DNA of 64,000 nucleotides from Girardia tigrina (Eukaryota): NCBI GenBank assembly GCA_001938485.1, contig MQRK01245240.1, positions 1 to 64,000 of the forward strand, read 5' to 3'. Shown piece by piece: positions 1 to 12,920 of this stretch (position 1 is its first letter; each line of letters starts with the position of its first letter). The notes under the pieces were generated by a model. It saw only the letters and a program-made list of their open reading frames with translations, ran no database searches and was not told where the DNA came from. The position numbers and the translations under genes were made by a program.

Positions 1-946
1 CCATTTTCCCGATTTTGTCGAAATATAAATTTGCTCCATCTGATCCTTTTTCATATGAATATAAATTCATGAAATCTTGAATAAGGGATGAAGGTTTGGC
101 AAATGCTGCCCTGAGCCTTCAAACTCCACGATATTAGAATCCACTTTCTCATAAATTGGAATTAAATCCTTTGAAATAAAAGCCTTCACCATAAATCCTT
201 TGAGATTGGGGTCGGTGCCGGAAACTTCAAAAAATCTTCCGCATTCTTCGATGAATTCTTCAAGATTATCTTCTCCATTGTATGTATCGGGAACCAGATT
301 CTTCCAATAACTGAACGTGGTCGCCATGTTAGTTTTTAATAAGAATTACACAATAACTTCGTTTCCCAAAAATATATTTACTAATTAAAACAAATACATA
401 AAAAAATGCGAGAATTAATGATGAAATAATTAGAACCACATTTAAATAATTTTATATAAATTAATATTTATTTGAATGATTATAATTTTGAATAATAATT
501 TAATAATACTAATATTCTTCCTAACACCACCAATGTCATAATTTCCTTTCATATATTATTTCTACTGGTGAGATACCTGTCGTGGCTTGAATGGAACTAT
601 TCATCATAAATGCTATTTCTGACAATACTTCCGTCCAATCTCTACGCGTTCCATCCTTTATTCTGATATTAAGAGCCTCTCTAATTGCTCTAAATTGTCG
701 TTCTATAATTACATTGGTATTGTGGTGATACGGGCTTGAATAAAATACTTCTATCTTAAACTTCTTCAGTGTTTCTTTAAATAGTTCTGATTCAAATGTT
801 TTGCCTCTATGAACATGGATTTCTTTAGGTGGTACATATTTATTGTTCCATCTATCCATCCAGTCTTGTGGAACTTCACAACAAATGTCATCTGTGAACA
901 AAGAGGATGCAGAACTTATATAAAAAACTGAACATTGACGCATCAA
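1..946 (-). mobile_element. Gypsy LTR retrotransposon remnant: integrase fragment (536-946), LTR (~328-526), PBS and start of gag (67-327)
   Basis: Integrase motifs HVHRGKTFES..SPYHHNTNVIIER..TTGISP. On the minus strand an LTR TGTTAGG..CTAACA is followed by PBS-like TGGCGACCACG and a gag-like ORF. Confidence 0.8.
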
Positions 947-1190
947 ATACGGACATTAAAAATTCTCGATGATTTTATTGTTGATGGAGATTTGAGTGTG
1001 GGCTGTAGTGGAGAATTATGAAAAATAAATAAATCAATTTGTTTTAATTCTCAGAAATCATCGATTGAATATCATTTGAAATAAATATTCACGTGTTAAT
1101 CCTTTTTTTATTATTTTCTTAGAGAACAATTTATATTCAATTAGTTGGTTTGTTTATAATTTGATGTTTATGCTATATAAAAATAATATA

Positions 1191-1915
1191 TATTTGCAAT
1201 TTTAAAAATCAGGATAAAATTTTAAATCAATCCAAGAGAGCGTCGATGGAATCGTAAACTGATAAATATCAGGACTTCTCACTTAAACGAGTTGCACACT
1301 GTGTATAGGCAATATACTATTGGCATTAATTCGGTATAGTTGAGTCAAAGGATATTTAGATTGACGTTTGGAGAGCAACGGGAACCGAGATGATTCCTTG
1401 ATAATGATCCTTTGTTCCATTTACCTTCCTGTAAGTGCATCACAGCGAGACTGGTTTCGCATCGGATTCATAAGTTTGCATTCTTGTGTCGTTTCTATTG
1501 GATTTCATATCTAAAAAATTCAAAAAATTGATAATCCATCTTCGCTCTCATGTCAACAGGATTGGTATCGAATCGAAGCACATAACCTTTTCTATGTCAC
1601 TGAATAGTAGTACAAAGTTGAAAAATTAAGAGTATTTTCTAAATCATTTTTATTCGAGGACATTTAATTTTAAATTATTAAATTTTATTTTTTAAGTTAA
1701 CAAATTTCATGATGTAAAAATTATTTTTAACATTTAAAATTTAATATGTATTTCAATGTTTATTTGGAATTGTAAATTTGGTTCAAATAATTGTGACCAT
1801 AAAACACTCAATTATCAATCGACCTTCTGGATATGAGAGACACTAAATAGAAAAAAACAACATGCAAACAATATAAAGATAGAACACAGATTGTATCATT
1901 CAAAATATGCTCATA
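1191..1915 (-). mobile_element. Family-1 LTR unit with decayed coding-like internal cargo (duplicate of 12198-12920)
   Basis: Starts TATGAGC (variant of TGTGAGG) and has the family TCTC..CAGAAGG..TTGATA motif. Flanks CACAT/TATAT are each one change from the CATAT TSD of copy 2. Confidence 0.6.
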
Positions 1916-1943
1916 ATGTGTAATTTATATATTGTATTTTTAT

Positions 1944-2308
1944 TTATACAAATGGCATCCCGCTCCTTTGATTAGATGCACATACTTTTTTAGACCCTCT
2001 TTTGTCATCATTTGATTTTATATTCTCGCAATGTAACGAGCAGCAATCTGAACAAGAACTAGTTGTTTGACTATTTCCTTGACCTGTAGTTAAATATTAT
2101 TTTTTTAAATTAATATTTATATAATATAAACAAATTTTCACTTACAACTAGCTCTAACATAACTTCTTGTTTGAAAAACAACTGAGGCAAATATGACTAA
2201 AACTACCAAAACCATCTACAATTTTGTAAAGATCATTTAATACTTTTTTGATTAAGTTTTAATAATTTTATCCTAATTTAATATTCTCACCATTTTTAAT
2301 TGAAACAT
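1944..2308 (-). CDS. Secreted 6-Cys knottin/ICK-like peptide, copy 1 (75 aa; exons 2308-2291, 2215-2146, 2083-1944)
   Basis: GT-AG introns of 75 and 62 nt give MFQLKMMVLVVLVIFASVVFQTRSYVRASCQGNSQTTSSCSDCCSLHCENIKSNDDKRGSKKVCASNQRSGMPFV*: a hydrophobic leader plus C-x9-C-x2-CC-x3-C-x15-C. Same structure is conserved in copy 2. Confidence 0.88.
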
Positions 2309-2934
2309 ATTTGCTTTTGACAATCTTAATATATGAATAATGTTTTTTATAAGTATAAAATGAATAAATTTGAATAAAAGATCGTATGGACCTAAAATGA
2401 AACGCATATTTAACCCATTTTTCGTTTTTAATAAAAATAAATAAAATAAAATCGTCATTTCGAAAGTAATCAAATATGGAAATGAAAAGGTAAATCAAAT
2501 AATTATTGATCTTAAAATATACCAAGAAATAATTTAAATTTTGTTGTTGAATATATTGAACTAGTTGAAGAGACAATAATTTTTTTTAATAATTTATGAA
2601 GATTAACGTTTATGAACTAAAGTTGTTGTCGGTTGTTGTTGTTCAGCTATGCTAGACAAGTCATTTAACGCAATAAAATGCAAAAAAATAATGGGAATGA
2701 TTTCCTGATTCCTATTCTGCCTTGCAATGAGTATTTGTGGCTGTTGTTCGTTATGAGTCTTTAAAATTTTTTCAATACCCCATAGCCGTTCAAAGTCATC
2801 TGATTATTACTGAGATGATTTATTTTTAGGTTGTAACAGCATTTCTGACAACAATTTTTTGTTTAAAATATTGAAATAGTAGAAGATATAATAATAATTT
2901 TTATTAAAAGTCGAAAAACGTTCCTCAAAATATA

Positions 2935-3250
2935 TTTTGAACAATTTCGACGGATCAGCCGTCATCAAACTAAATATACTAACGTTTATATGTCAAAGCA
3001 ATGTTAATGTCATGATGATATAATTTATAAATCATGAAAATACTTTCAATACAGTTGAAGAGGATGATGTTTAAAAATTGATTTTCGGATTGAATGATTT
3101 GATCAACAATGCTTCACACACCATCCTCTCTCATGTTATTACCAAATTGTGATCACAAAATCTTAGAATTACTTACATCAACTTTACTGTAAATTTGCCT
3201 GACACCAATTTACTTCATAAGCATTATTATATGTATTATTACCTGTTTTA
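2935..3250 (-). mobile_element. Penelope-like 3' remnant with degenerate hammerhead
   Basis: Similar to 53400-53700 (TGTGAAGCATTGTT); contains TTGATGA-T-GACGG..CCGTC-GAAA. Confidence 0.6.
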
Positions 3251-4697
3251 ATATATGTATTATTCTTTATTATTTAATATGTAATAATATATGTATTATA
3301 ACTTTAGAATAATTATTATGTATTATTAATATTATATTGCTAATTCCATAACGGCAAACATCGTTATGGAATAAAAAATTAAAATTTTAAAATTTAAAAA
3401 TGAAATCGATTGAAGTCATTTATTTCAATCACAAAATAATTACTATATTTATTATTCTATCGTTTCTCCTCGTCTGCCTGATCACATCCGCGTATTTACC
3501 AGTGCCTCAAATTTACGACATATTTACTGATATTATTCCGATGTGATCAATCTTTCGACTTCCTACCCAACCAGATTATATTCTATGTCACTGACTAATT
3601 CTATACGATTATTTAACGTCAAAACAACCCTCTAAATTGACAGTATTTTAAAGAAAGAGAATAATGCGATCGATAAATTAATGTTTTAAAAAATGTCAAA
3701 CTTAGTACATCTTCGGTAAAATTTCATATAATATTCAAAATATATAATAGTTCTTAAATGACTTTAAATAACTCTTTGGATAATAATTAAAATATTTTAT
3801 TAATATTAATTTTATAAAACTGTTATTCGATGGTTGCTACTGTTCGATTGCGATGGCAGTAATTTTAGACAACATCTATTCGTAATAATATGGTAACTGA
3901 TACCTGAGTGTAAATAATAACGATTTCAATGATAAAATTAAGATGGTATATAAGCTCTAAAATAATAGTGGATTGTAATAATATTGAACTATATTAATGT
4001 CTTGGTATCTCCATATAATACTGTAATGAATATGGTTATATCCAGAGAGCAATATAAAACTATTAATGAGGCGCGGTTTACACCGAAGTATGAACAATGG
4101 TGATGCTTACCGCATAAACTTAACTTGGTCTCTGAATCTTCACAGACTATTTAATATTATGGAAATATTACTGAAATTTTATTATTGAAGTCCACGATAC
4201 TGTATGGCATTATAAAACGGTATTTCAAATCTGATTCAAATGTAGTGACGTGATCGAGGAATGAAATGTCTTTCTGTACATATGAGAAGTTTATATGAAT
4301 CTCGATTTAAAAATATTGGACACAGTTCTCCTATGAATTTCAGAAGCTGAATATAAAATGAAACCATTCAAATGTAAATTCTAAGGGAAGAGCTGAAAGT
4401 CTTTAGAACAAATGAGGTATAAAAAAGAACCAAGACGAAAATAAAGCTATGGCTGACTTAAAGAGTTCAAAAATTGTTAAGAAATTGAAGAGTGTCTTTG
4501 ACATTTTAAACCATCATAGACTATTTATTAAGAAATACTGCAAAAAACCTAGGGTACTCGAAGAATTGTTCGGAGCAAAGACAGACAATTTGACATCGAC
4601 GAACACGTGTAAACAAGATTTCCATGAGTTAAGGAAGCTCTCGAAACAGATTCGGTTTTTAATTTTCCGGTTTTTATGTAAGATTTAATCTTAGGTA

Positions 4698-5144
4698 TGT
4701 GAGGAATATCTGGTGTGTGGATGTTTATGTGTAGTGTTGCATGTTTAAATGTTGTATGTTGATTTTGGATTGTGCAACTCCTAACCAGAGGGATTATCAA
4801 TATTTAATTTCTTATAATCTGAAACTAATTTATTTCAATTTAGATTTAATATTCAAATTTTTAATTTTTATTATTGCAACTTTTAAATAAGTTTATTGAT
4901 TTTATTTTTGTAAATTTTTAAATAATTAAAATCAAATTAATGTTTAAAAATGACTATAAAAATATTTTATTTCAGCCAATAAAATTTAAATTAAATAATC
5001 TTCTCAAGTTAGTTCAGATTATAATGAGAGATATTGAAAATTGATTGACGGATCTAAGTGAAAGCAATACTATTGATCATCATAAAGATGATAAGAAATG
5101 TGAATTCAATAAATGTTCTGTCAAATGTGCGAGTTCTCTTAACA
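4698..5144 (+). mobile_element. Solo LTR, family 1
   Basis: TGTGAGG...CTTAACA, TSD AGGTA (4693-4697 / 5145-5149), with CCAAT and AATAAA motifs. Confidence 0.9.
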
Positions 5145-5684
5145 AGGTATAAATGCTAGCAATAATCGACTGATAAGAAAAAATCATGCCAGGAATTTAG
5201 ATTAAAGCGACCAATATATATATATATATATATATATATTGTTTCAGAATGAATTAAAAAAAATTTATCTAAATTTATCTATATAAATATATANNNNNNN
5301 NNNNNNNNNNNNNNNNNNNNNNNNNNNNNNNNNNNNNNNNNNNNNNNNNNNNNNNNNNNNNNNNNNNNNNNNNNNNNNNNNNNNNNNNNNNNNNNNNNNN
5401 NNNNNNNNNNNNNNNNNNNNNNNNNNNNNNNNNNNNNNNNNNNNNNNNNNNNNNNNNNNNNNNNNNNNNNNNNNNNNNNNNNNNNNNNNNNNNNNNNNNN
5501 NNNNNNNNNNNNNNNNNNNNNNNNNNNNNNNNNNNNNNNNNNNNNNNNNNNNNNNNNNNNNNNNNNNNNNNNNNNNNNNNNNNNNNNNNNNNNNNNNNNN
5601 NNNNNNNNNNNNNNNNNNNNNNNNNNNNNNNNNNNNNNNNNNNNNNNNNNNNNNNNNNNNNNNNNNNNNNNNNNNNNNNNNCTG

Positions 5685-6010
5685 TTGCAATCAGTTGGCA
5701 GAGATGGAAAATTGAATTTTAACTATGATCATCCGAAAGACCTAGAAATAATACTTCGATATGCTCATATCGGCGAAGTAGATGTGACTCGTCAAAATGT
5801 AGAATATCATGTTCTATATACGAGCGAACAAACTGTTGCCGAACACAAACAAAGAGACCTAAAAATCTTGGAAGAAATCAACCAATTAATGGGCGCAAGA
5901 AATACGGTCCTCTTAAGGACCATAATTGACGATTGTGAGCTGGAGTTTTGGGGCGCGTTCTTATGGGCCCGAACGTCGCTCAACAAAAATAATTTTCAAG
6001 TAAATAATTG
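5685..6010 (+). other. Unidentified coding-like fragment after an N run
   Basis: About 105 open codons, higher GC than the flanks; no family recognised. Confidence 0.3.
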
Positions 6011-6034
6011 TCCATATATATATATATATTAAAG

Positions 6035-6300
6035 TATGATCCATAAGTCTGTTCACCCCCTCATATTTTGATTACTTATTTTCTATCTAAAAATTTGACG
6101 TCATATTAATTTTGAATATTTTTTTATATATAGTTTTTTATGCTATACATTTGAATTTATATGTTAATATTGAAATTTTCATTAATGACTTATTTTTTTT
6201 AATTTTAGAAAAATTAAATGTCAAGAGTACTTAGTAAATTTGAGCGTGGAATTATTGTTGAGCTTAAAAACGAAGGAAGTAACATGAAAGGAAGTTCCGG
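6035..6300 (+). mobile_element. Tc1-like 5' remnant
   Basis: MSRVLSKFERGIIVELKNEG paired-like HTH start at ~6218. Confidence 0.55.
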
Positions 6301-6329
6301 AACGTTCTGTAGTATATAAATTTAATTGT

Positions 6330-7435
6330 CACGGGTGTAATTACCACATGGTATATGTGCTATACTACATCTGTGAAAACTGGAGGGCAAACGTAGTGCA
6401 CGCGAAGAAGCTTAAAGCATTTCACAATTTGTGTACCAGAAGAACGCTGGGAATATCGAAGGCTGAGAGGATTAGAATGGACAATTATTGGAATACCGAA
6501 TCCAATCGATATACTATCAAGAGGAAGAATTATTCACAATGTGAAGATCGATTAGAATGAATGTCCAGAAGTGGTACAGCAAATCTACGAATGTGAACTT
6601 ATCGGAGAGAACAAGATAAACGGACGACGGAAGAAACATCTGGATGAATGTCTCAAGGTAGACATGCACTGGCTCTTTGGAGACCAGTATAGCATTAATG
6701 ATTTTTGTACAGACATTCAGCAGAAGAGCCTACTAACGACAGAGGCAAGAATAGAGAAAGTCATCAAGTTAAAGAAAGTGGAGAGAAGAGGAGATGAGAA
6801 CACGATGCGATTAATTCCCCCACGACTCAAAGAACACAGCTGTCCGATGGAAGACTACTGTCTTCAATTCGCGGAAATGAAAGAATTGACCAGATATCAC
6901 CGGCGGGATCATATCAGAGCAGAGCCAATACCACAGAGGACAGCCCAGCCACGACAGAAGAAAGGAGTATACAAGTGCTTTCACTGCTCAAAAAAAAACA
7001 AGTGCGTAGGATGGCTGATGATCCACTTACAGAAGAATCACCGAGAAGAACCAGAGTAATCCAACACCCTGAGAGACGACAACTTGGTAAGAGAGGAAGA
7101 GGAAGAGCTGACAACAATCGAATCGAACTCTCAGTTTCTGGACGCAACTGTGGGTATGCCGGGCGCCCAGAACGAAAAAACGGTGGAGAAACACACATAG
7201 ACTACCGATTACCCGACATGAAGACAAAAAAAATTTCAGTGTCCATTTCGCGGTTGTTACGTGTCCACTGTAACAGTTAAAGACATGTATGACCATTGTA
7301 CCAAGTTCCATTGTTGGTAATTCGTCACTGGAAAGTCGACTACTCAGGGGCGGAAAGCCACTGATCTCGTAAGAGGCCTATAAGGAGCCCTTAAGGACTT
7401 TAGTTAGTGTGGACCCTCTAAAGAGCCTTAGGTTC
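6330..7435 (+). mobile_element. Non-LTR (RTE-like) retrotransposon 3' remnant with C2H2 fingers
   Basis: CENW..KKLKAFHNLCTRRTLGI is a typical post-RT LINE motif; C-x4-C..H and CFHC..HLQKNH fingers; stops and frameshifts. Confidence 0.7.
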
Positions 7436-7689
7436 AATACCATTGAAAGATATTGGAGGCTCACATCGGAGAGACAAATCGTCATCTCAATGAAGAATTA
7501 TTCCATGTTCATACTCTCAATATGTAGTACGAGCAAGTTATTTATATATAAATACGTCATTTTTCTACAAATAGCTCATTTCTTAAAATTCATTGTACAA
7601 CTGCTTCCAGTGTATAATTATGGATTTATCAGCTACATAGAGAGTGTTCTTGATTGGGTGGGGAACTGGGATCATCCGGGCCCATAGAG

Positions 7690-7933
7690 AAGCATTTGTG
7701 GCTGGTGGAACAGGAGGAGTAACGTTAACATTTGTAGTAGAAGTTTGAATCTGATTTGGTCGTCGATCATTTGCTATTCGTTGTTGAAACTTTCGACAAG
7801 GAGGACATGTTTGTTGACGTTTAAACCATATTTTCAGACATGTACAGTGGAATATATGAGAGCATTGTAAACACTTAGCTACGTTTCCTGTCTGTTTTTC
7901 ACTGTCAGAAGCCACAGGAATCATTTTTTCTCT
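7690..7933 (-). pseudogene. SYVN1: Synoviolin/HRD1 RING-H2 fragment, fused downstream of the RRN3 fragment
   Basis: REKM..AKCLQCSHIFHCTCLKIWFKRQQTCPPCR matches HRD1 [29 protein letters not shown]. The first CxxC and the TM domain are missing. Confidence 0.8.
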
Positions 7934-7939
7934 CCGTGG

Positions 7940-9110
7940 AAACTCTTTCAATAAAATCAATTTATGCATCGTCAAACTTGATAAATACTACTGATGAGTG
8001 AACGCTGAAAATCGTGGAACCGATCCAAAATGATCACCTATTTCTTCGATCCGAAACAATAATACCATTACGTCTCCACTGAAGATACAATAGAAAGAAT
8101 TGTTCTTCTCGGAATTCGACGGAATTTCTGTATTATCCTCCACATATTTATCGCACCAATGAAACATTTCCATGACAATTTCATACAAAAAATCAATCGG
8201 GATGATATTAAACTTGGCCAAAAATCCCACCAAAGTTCTAATCTCCGTATTAAGAACATTAATTGAATTTGCTTTACATTTATTATTATCACAATTTGAA
8301 TTGTCACTACAACAATTCTCCGTAAAACTTGCGTAACTCGTCATCGTTCTTGATTGATAATCTTTAATCATCTTCTTTAACGTTTTATTATTCAAACAAA
8401 TTTAAAATACAATTTAATCATTACAAAAATAATTTATACTTTAAATTATAATTTAATTATTACAAAAATTATTTATAATTGAAATTTAAAATAATTTTTA
8501 TTTATTTTAAGAAAATATTATTAAAATATTACTTATGAAATATTAGTTTAATTTTAAAGTGATTATTTAACTTTTAATAATTGATTAAACAACTCGACGT
8601 TTTAAAATATTTAAAATATCAATCTTCTATCTTGGTGGGAGAAACACAATCCTAAAACAACATACCAAACAACACACAATAAACACCATTCAAAAATATT
8701 CCTCACACTCCGAACAGCGAATTTCGATCTATAGAGCCGCATCGCAAGCAATCGTCCACATATACTCACAGGTATGACGCGATAAACTCGAGAGAAAACC
8801 GGTAATAAAACGGTAAAATTAAATGAACATGAAACAAAGAATTAGGTAGATTATAAAACAGAATTTTCTGTCGATAAATTAAAAAAGAGAATCTATCCGA
8901 ACTCTTCGAATCCACTCCAAATCGTATTTCCATCGATAGTCGATTTAATGTTGGTGCTACGCAACCCGCTTTCCATTTTGAAGTTTTTAAAATATTCTCA
9001 GTATTCAGCCAATTCAACTCGGTTCGTTGTCCATGCAGTTTCTATTGAGAAATTCGAAGATCAAAGTAATCATAATGACCGAAACCAAATCAAATCGGTA
9101 AAGAAATAAT
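7940..9110 (-). pseudogene. RRN3: RRN3/TIF-IA internal fragment interrupted by solo LTR 8248-8707
   Basis: Removing the LTR joins HVHLIL..CEYMW..IRCSEIRTLVGFLAKFNIIP..MFHWCDKY..FYCIF..LLFR, collinear with RRN3 HVQF..LEHLW..IRQAA..IGSFLARAKFIP..VNWLHIY..FYSAC..FVFR. Contains stops and frameshifts. Confidence 0.7.
8248..8707 (-). mobile_element. Solo LTR, family 1
   Basis: TGTGAGG...GTTCTTAATA, TSD CTCCG (8243-8247 / 8708-8712). Confidence 0.9.
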
Positions 9111-9379
9111 TCGAATTGATCTCAAAATCTCTTCTTAATATTTACAGTTGCTAAAGTTTCACGATAACTAACCACACATATTTTCATCTATTTAAACAAT
9201 GTGATAATAGATTAAAATACTTTACAAACGTTCAATTATTTCCAAAACTATTTTTTTACACGATAATTAATTTTTTATAAATAATGGATTTGAATCTTTT
9301 TTTTATTTTCAATTCAAAACTTTTATATTAATTTTTATGTAAAAGAAAAATTTGACATATTTTAGCGATCCCACTCACA

Positions 9380-9670
9380 GAGTGAAAATAACTAATTCTT
9401 GCCATCAACAACACCCAAACGCAACAAGAAATTGCGTTCAATGATAGGTGTACGCAGTCTGCTGTTTCAAAGTTGCTGAAACGGCAAAGAGAGACAGCCA
9501 ATACGCTTCCACGTCGCAAAGGCAAGAAACATTTAAGTAACAAGATTTTGGAAATCAGTAAAAGTGATCCCACCTATAAATGCCGAGAAATAATGTTTCA
9601 ACTCGGAGACTACGAGAACATTTACAATGTATGGCCGTTGGGCATATCGTGTGTTAAGAAGCCCTAATGA
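9380..9670 (+). mobile_element. Tc1-like transposase remnant
   Basis: TQQEIA..CTQSAVSKLLKRQRET HTH and KKPL motif. Confidence 0.6.
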
Positions 9671-11808
9671 ATGAGAAACATCTTACGTGTTCCATTCTCT
9701 CAGCAAAATTTTCGTGGACTCTGAGCCCCATCCATTTTTAGAGTTCAACGGCAACTCTTACACGCTTTGAACTTCTCTCGATGATTGCTCAATATTTTCA
9801 TATTGCTTAGGGGAACAGACACGCCTCCTCTACGCATGTCAACAAGTTGCATGCGCTTTAGAGCGCCTTCGGGTTCGAACCAGTAACGGGTATTACCCGA
9901 CTATTAGCCGCAGTGCCTGAAGGGGTTGATATTGTTCCATACCATTGTTTACATATTTTATTGTACGAGTTTATTAATTGAGCTGGACGAAGAGAGCTTC
10001 AAGGAAGTAAACGTCGGTCAACCCGCGTGCCCGTCGCCTTCTGCGGTCGACCTGCGTCAGCTCCAGAAGGTTCTCCGTCTCAAACGATATTATTTTTTAA
10101 CATTTTTATCCTTTAATTTTCTCATCGTGCTATCAAGAATTTTGAACATGATTTAAAATATGATTTTAACTTAAATTTATATCCCACACATTGGTTTTAA
10201 TTGTGAGGTTCATCCACAGTACTTGTCGATATTAAAACTTTCGGTTCGCCCTACCTCTCATTTTTCGATGAAGTTACTTTTAGGGTGAATTCCTCATTAG
10301 ACGTTACTTCAATGTTGACATAAAATTTTATCATTATGGTCTTTTATTTGCGGAAACACACGATCGACCAATTTAGATACGAGGTTGAATTTTAGTTTTA
10401 GAGAAAATAATTTACGGCAGTTTATAGCTTTTTAGTTTTATATTGCTCTCTGGATATAACCATATTCATTACAGTATTATATGGAGATACCAAGACATTA
10501 ATATAGTTCAACATTATTACAATCCACTACTATTATAGAGCTTATTTGCTATCTTAATTTTATCATTGCAATCGTTATTATTTACACTCAGGTATCAGTT
10601 ACTATATTATTACGAATAGATGTTGTCTAAAATTACTGCCATCCGCAATCGAACAGTAGCCACCATCGAATAACAATTTTATAAAATTAATATTAATAAA
10701 ATATTTTAATTATTATCCAAAGAGTTTTTCAAAAAGTCATTTAAAAATTATTATATATTTTGAATATTATATGAAATTTTACCGAAGATGTACTAAGTTT
10801 GACATTTTTTAAAACATTAATTTATCGATCGCATTATTCTCTTTCTTTAAAATACTGTCAATTTAGAGGGTTGTTTTGACGTTAAATAACCGTATAGAAT
10901 TATTCAGTGAGGTAAAATATAATCTGGTTGGGTAGGAAGTCGAACGATTGATCACTTCGAAATAATATCAGTAAATATGTCGTAAATTTGAGGCACTGGT
11001 AAATACGCGGATGTGATCAGGTAGATGAGGAGAAACGATAGAATAATAAATATAGTAATTAATTTGTGATTAAAATGATTATTTCAATCGATTTCATTTT
11101 TAAATTTTAATTTTTTATTCCATTTAATTTTTTTTAATATATTTAGTTTGATGATGACGGCTGATCCGTCGAAATTGTTCACAATATATTTTGAGGAACG
11201 TTTTTCAACTTAAAAAAAAAATATTATTATATCTTCTTCTATTTCAAAATATTAAACAAAAAATTGTTGTCAGAAATGCTGTTACAACCTAAAAATAAAT
11301 CATCTCAGTAATGATCAGATGACTTTGAACGGCGATGGGGTATTGCAAAATTTTTTAAGACTTACAACGAATAACAGCCAGAAATACTCATTGCAAGGCA
11401 GAATAGGAATCAGGAAATCATTCCCATTATTTTTTTGCATTTTGTTGCGTTAAATGACTTGTCTAGCATAGCTGAACAACAACAACCGACAACAACTTTA
11501 GTTCATAAACGTTAATCTTCATAAATTGTTAAAAAAATTATTGTCTCTTCAACTAGTTCAAGATATTCAACAACAAAATTTAAATTATTTCTTGGTATAT
11601 TTAAGATCATTAATTATTTGATTTACCTTTTCATTTCCATATTTGATTACTTTCGAATTGACGATTTTATTTTATTTATTTTTATTAAAAACGAAAAATG
11701 GGTTAAATATGCGTTTCTTATTAGGACCATACGATCTTTAATTCAAATTTTATTCATTTTATACATGTAAAAAACATTATTCGTATATTAAGATTGTCAA
11801 AAGCACAT

Positions 11809-12169
11809 ATGTTTCAATTAAAAATGGTGAGAATATTAAATTATGATAAAATTATTAAAACTTAATCAAAAAAGTATTAAATGATCTTTACAAAATTGTA
11901 GATAGTTTTGGTAGTTTTAGTCGTATTTGCTTCTTTTCTTCTTAAACAACGGTCGGTTACAGCTAGTTGTAAGTGAAAATTTGTTTATATTATATAAATA
12001 TTAATTAAAAAAATAATATTTAATTATAGGTCATAGAAATACTCAAACAACTAGTTCTTGTTCAGAGTGCTGCTCGTTACATTGCAAGTATTCAAGACCA
12101 AATAATGACAAAAAAGGGTCTGAAAAAGTATGTACATCTAATGAAAGCAACGTGATTCCAGTTGTATAA
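11809..12169 (+). CDS. Secreted 6-Cys knottin/ICK-like peptide, copy 2 (74 aa; exons 11809-11826, 11902-11968, 12030-12169)
   Basis: GT-AG introns of 75 and 61 nt give MFQLKMIVLVVLVVFASFLLKQRSVTASCHRNTQTTSSCSECCSLHCKYSRPNNDKKGSEKVCTSNESNVIPVV*; AATAAA follows the stop. Confidence 0.88.
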
Positions 12170-12197
12170 ATAAAAATACAATATATAAATTACATAT

Positions 12198-12920
12198 TAT
12201 GAGGATATTTTGAATGATACAAAGTGTGTTCTATCTTTATATTGTTTGCATGTTGTTTTTTTCTATTTAGTGTCTCTCATATCCAGAAGGTCGATTGATA
12301 ATTGAGTGTTTTATGGTCACAATTATTTGAACCAAATTTACAATTCCAAATAAACATTGAAATACATATTAAATTTTAAATGTTAAAAATAATTTTTACA
12401 TCATGAAATTTGTTAACTTAAAAAATAAAATTTAATAATTTAAAATTAAATGTCCTCGAATAAAAATGATTTAGAAAATACTCTTAATTTTTCAACTTTA
12501 TACTACTATTCAGCGACATAGAAAAGGTTATGTGCTTCGATTCGATACCAATCCTGTTGACATGAGAGCGAAGATGGATTATCAATTTTTTGAATTTTTT
12601 AGATATGAAATCCAATAGAAGCCACAAGAATGCAAACTTATGAATCCGATGCGAAACCAATCTCGCTGTGATGCACTTACAGGAAGGTAAATGGAATAAA
12701 GGATCATTATCAAGGAATCATCTCGGTTCCCGTTGCTCTCCAAACGTCAATCTAAATATCCTTTGACTCAACTATACCAAATTAATGCCAATAGTATATT
12801 GCCTATACACAGTGTGCAACTCGTTTAAGTGAGAAGTCCTGATATTTATCAGTTTACGATTCCATCGACGGTCTCTTGGATTGATTTAAAATTTTATCCT
12901 GATTTTTAAAATTGCAAATA
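12198..12920 (+). mobile_element. Family-1 LTR unit with ~380 bp decayed coding-like cargo
   Basis: TATGAGG...TTGCAAATA, TSD CATAT (12193-12197 / 12921-12925). 723 bp versus ~440-460 bp for plain family-1 copies. Confidence 0.65.

Larger units (their letters stand above)
965..4062. repeat. Inverted segmental duplication, copy 1 (partner 10433-14929)
   Basis: Reverse complement is near-identical to 10433-12969 plus 14753-14929. Copy 1 has an extra ~390 bp at ~2985-3370 and lacks the 12975-14752 insertion. Confidence 0.95.

Noticed and set aside
3830-4290. Possible CASD1/acyltransferase-like remnant on the minus strand (SFILLSGYNH)
   Set aside because: One short motif among several stops; insufficient to call.
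4698-4800. Family-1 conserved motif as a snoRNA or shared host promoter
   Set aside because: It begins exactly at TSD-defined insertion boundaries and interrupts other elements' reading frames.
4698-8770. A 4-kb Ginger-like element with TGTGAG..CTCACA ends and GGTA TSD
   Set aside because: Better explained by two independent solo LTRs, each with its own 5-bp TSD; 8708-8770 is RRN3-like sequence.
11881-11901. Alternative start MIFTKL followed by TAG, which would make the peptide genes pseudogenes
   Set aside because: The TAG is the acceptor of a 75-nt intron with a GTGAGA donor conserved in both copies.
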